Source: an uncultured Myxococcales bacterium
GTDB taxonomy: Bacteria > Myxococcota_A > UBA9042
Assembly: GCA_903883645.1 (NCBI GenBank)
Contig: CAISBR010000131.1
Span: 11,871-75,870, forward strand
Direction: 5' to 3'
DNA: 64,000 nucleotides
Shown: in pieces, positions 56,282-64,000 of the stretch
Layout of the letters: each line of letters begins with the position of its first letter
Numbering within the stretch: the first letter of the stretch is position 1
Made by a program: the position numbers and the translations under genes
Notes under the pieces: model-generated
What the model saw: the letters and a program-made list of their open reading frames with translations, nothing else
Databases searched by the model: none
Told to the model about the DNA's origin: nothing

Positions 56282-57757
56282 TTATAGGTCGATGCGCAGG
56301 TTCATGCCACCGCGAAACAGCGGCGCGTGCAGCTGCTCGGCAAAACTGGCAAACACGGGTGTCAGCTGCGTCATCGCATCCTTTAGCCGCGGAATATACC
56401 CACGAAATTCGCCTGTTCCCCACGATATCGCCCCGTAAACTTCAACGGTTAGGTCCGTTAGGAAGCGATTCGACAGGCTAAGTTGCGCTGTGCCGCTTTT
56501 ATCGGTCAGGTTGGTCAGCCCCATCGCCGTGATAGCGGCGTCGCTAAAGCTACCTGGCGAGGTCACTGCGGCAAGCAAACCCATGTAATCCTTGCCAGTG
56601 TACAGGGGCGTCATGGCCGGGGCTGTCTTGCCTTGCAGCGCCGCATCCACCTGCGCCTTCACCACCGCATCAGCCGTTTGCCCTTGCGGATTATGGAAGT
56701 ACTCAGCGCCAAGTGTCAGCGAGTCGTCTTCGCGATACGCCCACGACCACGATGCGCCAGCGCTCGCGTACCACTGTGGGTCGCCGTAGCCGCTTGACGC
56801 GACCCCCTGCTGGGTTCCCAGATTTGTGGATCCCTTGTTCGGCAGCCACGCGGACACTTCGCCCGTCAGGTCAAAATCGCCCACACCCGCCGACACATCG
56901 AAGCCGGCCTTTGGGTCAAAACCCTTGCGCGCCAGCCCGGTTAGTCCCATTTCAACCGGACCAAACACGAACTCGCCGCGGACCGCCAGGCCCAACTGCT
57001 CGGCTTTCGCGGCATTCTCTGTCAGCGCCAGCGCATAAAAGTTCCAACCGAGCGACTCAATCGGGATGTGGAACTTGATCATGGTCGGGCCCACGCGATC
57101 ATCAAAGAAAAGCAGGGGGTTATACTTTGCCGAGTTCAGCACATCCACCGGATTCCAAAACCGCGTCGCGCCCCAGCGCACAAATTGCCGGCCCGCCGTC
57201 ACAAAGACCCGCTGATTCAGGTCGAACTTCACCCACATTTGCGTAAGCACGGCGCGCACTTCGTCGGTATTCGCCGCGGTGGTGCTGTAGCCCGGAATGC
57301 TCGCCATGCTGCTCGGCACGTCGGCCAGCGGGTTGTAAATCAGCCGCCCGCGCGTATAGACCCGCAGCCGATCGTTGATGCGCGAGTCAAAATAACTCTC
57401 AAAAAGCGTGGTGTTGCCCAAGCCCGCGTCCGAGATTTTCTGCCCCTCGCCCAAGCTGCCCGTGGTGCGCGTGTAGAAGAATCCGCCGATTTGCGTGCGG
57501 TCGCGGGTGAGCAACTCGGTATTTTCTTTGGCCGGCCCGGTGATACGCGCGTCGCCCAAGTCGCTGGGGTCGGCCGCAGCTTCCGCCTTGCTCGCAGCAG
57601 GTTGCGCCGCTGCTGTTGTCGAAGTAGCTGCAGCCGCAGGAGTTTCTTCGCCAAAGATCGCGTCGTCGCGGTCCTCGGCCTGGGCCGTCCACGACCACAG
57701 CGACCCCGCCACTACTAGCGCCAGCCCAAGCCGGCGAACGATTTCCTGTGTACCCAT
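56282..57757 (-). CDS. Secreted protein, probable outer-membrane beta-barrel
   Basis: Signal peptide (LGLALVVAGSLWSWTAQA), alternating amphipathic strands rich in Tyr/Gly, C-terminal ...GGMNLRIDL. Confidence 0.5.
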   Translation of the reverse strand: MGTQEIVRRLGLALVVAGSLWSWTAQAEDRDDAIFGEETPAAAATSTTAAAQPAASKAEAAADPSDLGDARITGPAKENTELLTRDRTQIGGFFYTRTTGSLGEGQKISDAGLGNTTLFESYFDSRINDRLRVYTRGRLIYNPLADVPSSMASIPGYSTTAANTDEVRAVLTQMWVKFDLNQRVFVTAGRQFVRWGATRFWNPVDVLNSAKYNPLLFFDDRVGPTMIKFHIPIESLGWNFYALALTENAAKAEQLGLAVRGEFVFGPVEMGLTGLARKGFDPKAGFDVSAGVGDFDLTGEVSAWLPNKGSTNLGTQQGVASSGYGDPQWYASAGASWSWAYREDDSLTLGAEYFHNPQGQTADAVVKAQVDAALQGKTAPAMTPLYTGKDYMGLLAAVTSPGSFSDAAITAMGLTNLTDKSGTAQLSLSNRFLTDLTVEVYGAISWGTGEFRGYIPRLKDAMTQLTPVFASFAEQLHAPLFRGGMNLRIDL

Positions 57758-57805
57758 CCGTCGCCTACCTTGCGTTCAGCCCGGACCAAAACTAGCAGGA
57801 ATTGG

Positions 57806-59761
57806 CTACTGCGACGACTTGGCCGCGGCAAATCGCTGGCGCAGCACCGCAAACGTCACACTCAGCGCCAGCCACGTGACCAGCAGAATCACCAACAGGC
57901 GAATCTGGAAGTGTTCTAGGTGGCTATTGCCCTCATCGGCGCCCACAAAGTACCCGGTCGTCTTGCCGTCGCGCAGCACTGGCGCATAGCCAGAAAGCGA
58001 CAAACCCCAAGAATCACGGGTAAAATCGGTGTCAGCCATCGGAATCGCCGCCTTCGACCCCTCGACAATCTGCCCCGACGCCTCGCCCGCGTAGTCGTCG
58101 CCAGGAAGCGAGCCCTTTTCCTCGTCTTCGATCACGCCGTTACCATCCCGATCGACATCCTTTGGATACAGATCGACAACGAACGTGAAGTGCCCCGCCG
58201 CCGTCGCCGGCTTCATCACATAAAGCGACTTGATCTCGGGATCGCGCTGGTGATAGCGCTCGAGCAGCCGGTGTACCCTCAGGAATTCGGGCGAGGTAAT
58301 GCTTTTGCTCGCACCGATGCGGTCCAGATCGTCCGCCGCGATCTGGTTGGCAATCGCCTCTGCCAGACGCGCTTGCGCCGGCCGCATCTCGCGAATCACG
58401 GCGCTGTGCGCAATGGTCCACAGGCCTACACCCACCAGACTGAGCAAAATCGCTAAAATTGTAGTCGCGCCAGCAACTTGCGCGATCGCCTGCTTGCGCC
58501 GCTGGCCGCGGTCCAGGCGCTCGAGCACATCGCCAACGGACTGCGGGCGCTGCTCGGGCCGCTTGGCCAGGCACGCCGCCACCAGCTTCGCCAAGTCGCG
58601 ATCGACCCCTGGCACCAGCGTCTCTAGGTTGGGCGCCGGCGACGAACGATGTAAATCAGCAAGTTCTTGATTGGTTGCAGCCTTAAACGGCACTTTCTTC
58701 GTTAAGCTTACATAGAGAATTACGCCCAGTGCATACAGATCTGTGCGAGCATCGCCGCGCTGACCGTCCCACTGCTCGGGGGCCATATAGGTGGGCGTAC
58801 CGCGCCCGGCCGAGGTCACTTCCCACGGCGCATTGGCACTAACTTCGACCAATTCTTCAGGATTTGGTTCATCGTCATCGACGGCGGCGGCGATGCCAAA
58901 GTCCATGATGACCGCCACTCGCGCATCGGGCACCAGCATGATATTCGCCGGCTTCAGGTCGCGGTGCACCACGCCCGCCTTGTGCGCCGCCCGCAGCCCT
59001 TGGCAAATATTCACTGCAATTGCACGCACTTCAGTAGACGACAGCGGATCGCTGCGCTTGATGCGCGCCACCAGCGTCTCGCCCTCTAGGTGCTCCATCG
59101 TCAGGTAGTGTACGCCGGCCGCCTCGCCCAGGTCGTAAGTACGCGCCACATTAGGGTGATTGATGGCGTGGGCGATCGCCACCTCGCGGCGAAACCGCTC
59201 AAGGTCCTCTTCGGCCAGCTCGGCGCGGTCGGCGAACAGCGTCTTGAGCGCAACCTTGCGCCGCAGCAGCAGATCCTCGCACAGCCACACCGCACCCATG
59301 CCGCCTTCGCCCAGTTTGCTAATCAGCTTATAGCGACCATTGAGCGGCCGCCCCGACGACCAATCGATCGCGCGCACCAGCGGCCGGCGCGGCATCGGAC
59401 GCGGGCGCGGCGGCATTGGCGTGGCCTGGCGCAGACTTCCCGGCCCTGTGACCGGCTTGGGCGGCGGTGGGGGCGGCGGCGTCGGCACGCTCGGCACGGG
59501 GCCACTTGGCGCAGCGGCGGCACCACCGCGCAGGGGCTCGGGTGCGGTCCCCGGTCGCGGCACCACCAGCGGCGGCTGAGTCTGGGCGCGCACTGGCGCC
59601 GGACTCGGCACGGTAGGCGACCAAACACTAGGCTTTTCGTGCAGATTAGCACTAGCAACGGGCGCGCTCGCCGGCAGCTCGGGCCGCTTGGGCATGGGCC
59701 GGGCCGGCAATCGCTGGGGCGGCGGCGCCTTGGGCTGGGGATCGTTCGGCGGCTCGGCCAC
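57806..59761 (-). CDS. Transmembrane Ser/Thr protein kinase with a periplasmic Cache-like sensor domain between two TM helices
   Basis: Pro-rich N-terminus; kinase motifs GEGGMGAVW, VALK, HRDLKPANIML, DFGIA, GTPTYMAPE; TM, ~230-aa extracytoplasmic domain, second TM. GTG start abuts the paralogue's stop. Confidence 0.85.
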   Translation of the reverse strand: MAEPPNDPQPKAPPPQRLPARPMPKRPELPASAPVASANLHEKPSVWSPTVPSPAPVRAQTQPPLVVPRPGTAPEPLRGGAAAAPSGPVPSVPTPPPPPPPKPVTGPGSLRQATPMPPRPRPMPRRPLVRAIDWSSGRPLNGRYKLISKLGEGGMGAVWLCEDLLLRRKVALKTLFADRAELAEEDLERFRREVAIAHAINHPNVARTYDLGEAAGVHYLTMEHLEGETLVARIKRSDPLSSTEVRAIAVNICQGLRAAHKAGVVHRDLKPANIMLVPDARVAVIMDFGIAAAVDDDEPNPEELVEVSANAPWEVTSAGRGTPTYMAPEQWDGQRGDARTDLYALGVILYVSLTKKVPFKAATNQELADLHRSSPAPNLETLVPGVDRDLAKLVAACLAKRPEQRPQSVGDVLERLDRGQRRKQAIAQVAGATTILAILLSLVGVGLWTIAHSAVIREMRPAQARLAEAIANQIAADDLDRIGASKSITSPEFLRVHRLLERYHQRDPEIKSLYVMKPATAAGHFTFVVDLYPKDVDRDGNGVIEDEEKGSLPGDDYAGEASGQIVEGSKAAIPMADTDFTRDSWGLSLSGYAPVLRDGKTTGYFVGADEGNSHLEHFQIRLLVILLVTWLALSVTFAVLRQRFAAAKSSQ

Positions 59762-61651
59762 TCAGTCCTCTCGTTTCCGCGCCGTCTCGTCGGCCAGGCG
59801 CAGCGCGCGCGCGAACTGCCGGCTCGGCGACAACAGCAGCGTAAGCGTCACCATCACGGCCAGTTGCGCCAGGCCCAGCAGCACCGCCAGCCGCGTACGC
59901 AGCGACCCCAGCGTCTCACTCGTCACGTCACAACCCACTAGGTAGGGTGCTTTGGCTTGGCCCACCGGCAGCGGCGAGTAGCCCGAGATCGACACCCGCC
60001 AGCTATCTGCCGAAAAATCCTCGTCTGCCGTCGCTTTGCCCGTGGCCAGCGCTTCGTTCATCGCCGGGTACGGCCCGCTGTCAAACGCCTTGCCGGGCGG
60101 GTCACCCTCTTCGTCGGTATCGGGGTCAATGCGGCCATTGTGGTTCAAATCCTGGCTTTCGTGGTAGGTATCATATACATACGACCACCTCGATGCCGTT
60201 GCCCCAGCGCGGAACACATACAGGTAGTGCACATCGAGATTCTCGGCCTCAATGCGCCGCATCACCGCCTTCAGCTTGGCAAACGCCGGCGTCTTGATGT
60301 CGGCCTCGCTGCGGATCTGGTCGAGCACCGCCGGGTCGAGCTGCCGCGCCGTCAACTCACCTAATCGCCGCAGCGACGGGCGCAATTCGTCGATCACGAT
60401 GTGCGCCGCCAGCGAATAGAGCGCCAGCCCCAGCAGCCCCAGCACTAGCGCCGTCGCCAGCGTACCCAGTACCAGCTGCGCGGCATACGTCTTGCGTCGC
60501 GCCGGCCGCTGCAACCGCTCGATCACCATGTCGATCGTCTGCGGGCGCTTGTTCGGATCCTTTGCCAGGCAATCCGTAACAAGTTCAGCTAGATCCTTGT
60601 CGATCCCCACCGCGAGCTTGGCTACATTCGGCACTGGCGCACTTTTGTGCAGCTCGGCGATCGCCTCATTGCTGTCGGCGACATACGGCGCATCGCCCGT
60701 CAGGCACACAAACAGAATCACGCCCAGCGAGTACACATCGGTGCGCGCGTCGCCGGTCTGCGAATTCCACTGTTCGGGCGCCATGTATACGGGCGTGCCC
60801 AGCCCCGCCGACGTCACTTCCCACGTGCTCGGCGCTTTGCCCTCGGGCCGGCGCGTCATCGACGGCGACTCGATCATCTCCGACACCGCCGCGGCGATGC
60901 CAAAATCCATGATCGCCACTTTGCGCTCGCCGCTCACCAGCATCACGTTCGCCGGCTTCAGATCGCGGTGCACCACCCCCACGCGATGGGCCGCACGCAG
61001 GCCCAGGCACAGCGGAATCGCCATATCGCGCACTTCGGCGCTCGTCAGATTGGGCCCGCGGCGAATGCGGTCCATCAGCGTCTCGCCGCGCAGGGCTTCC
61101 ATGGTGATGTAGTGCACGCCGCCCGCCTCGCCCAGGTCGTACGTACGCGCCACGTTGGGGTGGCTAACACTGTGCGCCATCGCCACTTCTTTGCGCAGGC
61201 GCTCGATATCGGCACTTTCGAACAGGTCCTCGTCCCACAGCGTCTTTACGGCCACTTTGCGCCGCAGCAGCAGGTCTTCGGCCAAATACACCGTGCCCAT
61301 GCCGCCTTCGCCCAGCTTGTCGACCATCACATAGCGGCCCGACAGGGGTTTGCCCGAGGTCCACTCAATGCGCGTCACCTTATGTGTCAGCGGCTTGCGC
61401 GGCGGCGGCCGACCTCCCGGCACCAGCCCAGCGGGCGGCGGCGTCAGCAGCGGAATATTCGACTGCGGTTGCGGCGCGGCGGGCACCACATCCATCGGCA
61501 TCGTCGGCAAGAAGTCGTTTTCGGGCGGCGGCGGCGGCGGCGGTGGCGGTGGCGGCTCGGTGGGGCGTCGCCCAGGGCCCGCGCGCGTAGCACTGAGCGG
61601 CGGTCTCGCCGGACCGGTACCTGCATCGCGGTTGTTGGGATCGTTCGCCAT
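59762..61651 (-). CDS. Paralogous transmembrane Ser/Thr protein kinase with a periplasmic Cache-like domain
   Basis: Start re-called to ATG 61651 (MANDPNN; GAGG RBS) by paralogy with the downstream kinase. GEGGMGTVY, VAVK, HRDLKPANVML, DFGIA, GTPVYMAPE; Cache-like YLYVF...NHNGRIDPD...SWRVSISGYSPL. Confidence 0.85.
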   Translation of the reverse strand: MANDPNNRDAGTGPARPPLSATRAGPGRRPTEPPPPPPPPPPPENDFLPTMPMDVVPAAPQPQSNIPLLTPPPAGLVPGGRPPPRKPLTHKVTRIEWTSGKPLSGRYVMVDKLGEGGMGTVYLAEDLLLRRKVAVKTLWDEDLFESADIERLRKEVAMAHSVSHPNVARTYDLGEAGGVHYITMEALRGETLMDRIRRGPNLTSAEVRDMAIPLCLGLRAAHRVGVVHRDLKPANVMLVSGERKVAIMDFGIAAAVSEMIESPSMTRRPEGKAPSTWEVTSAGLGTPVYMAPEQWNSQTGDARTDVYSLGVILFVCLTGDAPYVADSNEAIAELHKSAPVPNVAKLAVGIDKDLAELVTDCLAKDPNKRPQTIDMVIERLQRPARRKTYAAQLVLGTLATALVLGLLGLALYSLAAHIVIDELRPSLRRLGELTARQLDPAVLDQIRSEADIKTPAFAKLKAVMRRIEAENLDVHYLYVFRAGATASRWSYVYDTYHESQDLNHNGRIDPDTDEEGDPPGKAFDSGPYPAMNEALATGKATADEDFSADSWRVSISGYSPLPVGQAKAPYLVGCDVTSETLGSLRTRLAVLLGLAQLAVMVTLTLLLSPSRQFARALRLADETARKRED

Positions 61652-61852
61652 ACCTCGCCCTCGGAGTCTAGCGTGCGACGCAGCGAGCCGGGCGTCAAGC
61701 CGGCGCGGTTGGCTCCGTGGCGCCAGGTCGTGCAACCCCGCATCGCAACAGTGGACTGCATGCGCCAGTGGCAATGGCTTCTGGATTGTCGTAGCCTGCA
61801 AAATGGCTGCAAGCGCGTTCCGCTTGCCCCGACACTACTAGGAGGACCGCCG

Positions 61853-64000
61853 ATGCCGGTCGCCAATTGTCAGAATAATCATGGAATTCTAGGCGCTTTG
61901 CTGTGCTTGGCTCTCAGCCTCGCCGCGTGCAACGGTTCCGACATCAACCTTGGAGCGACTGGTGCCCCGGGCAAGCCGATCGCGACAGGCAGCGACGTCA
62001 GTGGCACGCAACCTAGCGAGTCAGTTTGCTTAGCCGATGCCGATTGTGCCGCCTTGGCCAAGACCGCCTGTTCTGTGGCTTTTTGTGAACCTGCGTCAAA
62101 GCGTTGTGTCGTAGCGGCCCGACCCGATGGTGCGGCGTGCGACGACGGCGACCCGTGCAGCGGCGAGTCGCTCTGCGCGAGTGGCGCTTGCCGCGCGAGC
62201 CATGCGGTCGACTGTGACGATAAAAATCCTTGTACTACAGATACTTGTGCGGTCGATCTGGGCTGCAGCCACACCGCGGTCGATGCCCCCTGCAGCGACG
62301 GCAACGCTTGCACGACCGGCGACCATTGCGCCGCCGGGGTCTGCGAGTCGCTGTCCAACGTGTGCAGCTGCGGCAACGATGCCGACTGCGCCGCCTTTTC
62401 GCCCGACAAGTGCTCAGGTTCACTGCAATGTTCCGCTGGTGTGTGCGTCGCCAACCCCGCCAGCAAGATCGACTGCAGCGACAGCAACCCGTGCACCGTA
62501 GACGCGTGTATCCCCGCCACTGGCTTGTGCCAGCACGACTTAGCGGCCACGGGCCAACCCTGCGACGACGGCGACGTGTGCACCTTTGGCGAGACCTGCC
62601 AAGGCGCGACGTGCAAGCCCACCTCTACTCTAAATTGCCAAGGCGGGGCAGGGCAGTGCACCCTCGCTTGCGACAAGAAGCTGGGCTGCTCGGCCCCAGC
62701 CGGCGGCGCGCTACCCTGCGACGACGGCAACACCTGCACCAAAGACGACACCTGCCATAGCGGCGTGTGCGTGGGCGCGCCCAGCTGCGGCTGCCAGGTC
62801 GACAGCGACTGCAGCAGCGCCAATGTGCCCGCTTGCCAAGGGATTGCGGTTTGCAAGGCCGGTCAGTGCATGGTCGACGTAGGCTTGGCTGTGCCGTGCA
62901 CCCAAGACACCGCGAGTTGCATTCAGGCGGCGTGCGGTAGCAAAGGTTGCGAAAAGCTTAGCACTCCCGATGGTGGAACCTGCAGCGACGGCAACCCGTG
63001 CAGCTTGGGCGACCACTGCCAGAGCGGCAGTTGCCAAAGCGCGGGCCAAGACGGCTGCGACGACAGCAACCCCTGCACCAGCGACGGCTGTGTGCCCAGC
63101 AAGGGCTGCGTCCACGTGGCCGCCAGCGACAACCAGCCGTGCGACGACGGCGATGTCTGCAGCCAGGGCGATGCCTGCCAAGCCGGCAAATGCCAAGGCA
63201 AAACGGGTCAGTGCGACGACAAGGACCCTTGCACCATCGACGTGTGTGCACCGCTGACCAAGGCCACGTGCCTCCACGACCAGCGGCCCGAGGGCGCGGC
63301 CTGCGACGACGGCAACCCCTGCACCGTGGGCGGCGCCTGCACCAGCGGCACGTGCGTGCCCACGCAAATCCTCGACTGCGATGACCAAAGCCCTTGCACC
63401 GTCGACGTTTGCTTGCCCGAGGGCTGCACCCACACCGCGCTCGCCACCGACGTGAGCGTGGCGTGCGACGACGGCGACAGCTGCACCACCAGCGACCTGT
63501 GCAACGGCGGCGCGTGCCAAGGCCAGCCCGGCGCGTGCCAGTGCCAAAACGACAGCGATTGCGCAACCTTTGAAGATGGCAACCTGTGCAACGGCACCTT
63601 GCGCTGTATCGAGCACGCCTGCGCCGTCGACCCGGCCACCATGGTCGGCTGCCCCGTCTCGCAAAACCCGTGCACGGTGGTGCAGTGCCAGCCGGCGATC
63701 GGTATTTGCCAAGAATTGCCTGTACCTGTAGATGTTACGGCCACCACCTGCGACGACGGCAATGCCTGCACCGTGGGCGACGCGTGCGGCATCGGCGGCG
63801 TGTGCCTGGGTGGTAACCCGTTGAATTGCGACGATAGTAATGTCTGCACCCAAGACAGCTGCGACCCCGCCGGCGGCTGCGCCTACCTACCCTGGGACGT
63901 GAGCGCCCTAGTGCCCTGCGACGACGGAAACCCCTGTACATTCAGCGATGTATGTGGTGTTGGCGCCTGCCAGCCCGGCACACAGGCCTGCGAGTGCACC
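61853..64000 (+). CDS. Cys-rich repeat lipoprotein (CDDGNxCTxGDxCxxGxC / DCDDxNPCTxDxC repeats), 5' portion; continues past the window end
   Basis: ATG 61853 with AGGAGG RBS 7 nt upstream; lipobox LCLALSLAAC; 716 or more codons open to the window edge; 20 or more repeats resembling the Myxococcus cysteine-rich repeat. The opposite-strand ORFs 61879..62856 and 62711..63853 are rejected. Confidence 0.75.
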   Translation, partial: MPVANCQNNHGILGALLCLALSLAACNGSDINLGATGAPGKPIATGSDVSGTQPSESVCLADADCAALAKTACSVAFCEPASKRCVVAARPDGAACDDGDPCSGESLCASGACRASHAVDCDDKNPCTTDTCAVDLGCSHTAVDAPCSDGNACTTGDHCAAGVCESLSNVCSCGNDADCAAFSPDKCSGSLQCSAGVCVANPASKIDCSDSNPCTVDACIPATGLCQHDLAATGQPCDDGDVCTFGETCQGATCKPTSTLNCQGGAGQCTLACDKKLGCSAPAGGALPCDDGNTCTKDDTCHSGVCVGAPSCGCQVDSDCSSANVPACQGIAVCKAGQCMVDVGLAVPCTQDTASCIQAACGSKGCEKLSTPDGGTCSDGNPCSLGDHCQSGSCQSAGQDGCDDSNPCTSDGCVPSKGCVHVAASDNQPCDDGDVCSQGDACQAGKCQGKTGQCDDKDPCTIDVCAPLTKATCLHDQRPEGAACDDGNPCTVGGACTSGTCVPTQILDCDDQSPCTVDVCLPEGCTHTALATDVSVACDDGDSCTTSDLCNGGACQGQPGACQCQNDSDCATFEDGNLCNGTLRCIEHACAVDPATMVGCPVSQNPCTVVQCQPAIGICQELPVPVDVTATTCDDGNACTVGDACGIGGVCLGGNPLNCDDSNVCTQDSCDPAGGCAYLPWDVSALVPCDDGNPCTFSDVCGVGACQPGTQACECT

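Overview
This is a high-GC (roughly 68-70%) chromosomal segment that looks like Myxococcota / metal-reducing Deltaproteobacteria (abundant sigma-54 activators, Ser/Thr kinases, Cys-rich lipoproteins, multiheme cytochromes). Everything below comes from reading the sequence and the ORF track by eye; no searches were run. Many ORFs in the six-frame track are GC-driven opposite-strand or off-frame artefacts and were discarded. The window contains: (1) a secreted trypsin-like protease with an ATP-grasp and a HAD enzyme; (2) a respiratory/electron-transfer module on the minus strand: small monoheme c, sigma-54 NtrC-type regulator, sensor kinase, a 12-heme cytochrome, a triheme cytochrome and a heptaheme-c/cytochrome-b fusion (CbcL-like). 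It has a candidate sigma-54 promoter and an upstream array of five TGTC-N10-GACA palindromes; (3) housekeeping genes (LeuA-like synthase, hisG, a hisC::HAD fusion, hisB, GAF kinase, FtsB, RimI, EngB, RNase J, thiolase); (4) a B12-type radical SAM gene followed by a ~1228-aa lipoprotein built from about twelve 43-residue 8-Cys repeats plus a C-terminal beta-propeller, a small lipoprotein, a Cys-rich mini-lipoprotein and an ECF sigma/anti-sigma/secreted-repeat-protein operon; (5) an accessory region (~44.0-53.8 kb) at tRNA-Arg(TCT) with a full tyrosine integrase, a 5'-truncated second integrase copy, a degenerate att-like site, duplicated 140-bp blocks, a Doc-family toxin operon, unknown cargo genes, a small secreted tandem-repeat protein and an orphan two-repeat CRISPR mini-array whose repeat matches the type I-F consensus, with no cas genes in the window; (6) a di-domain (tandem) radical SAM protein with a lipoprotein and a putative outer-membrane protein; (7) two tandem paralogous transmembrane Cache-type Ser/Thr kinases divergent from a second, different Cys-rich repeat lipoprotein that runs off the window end.
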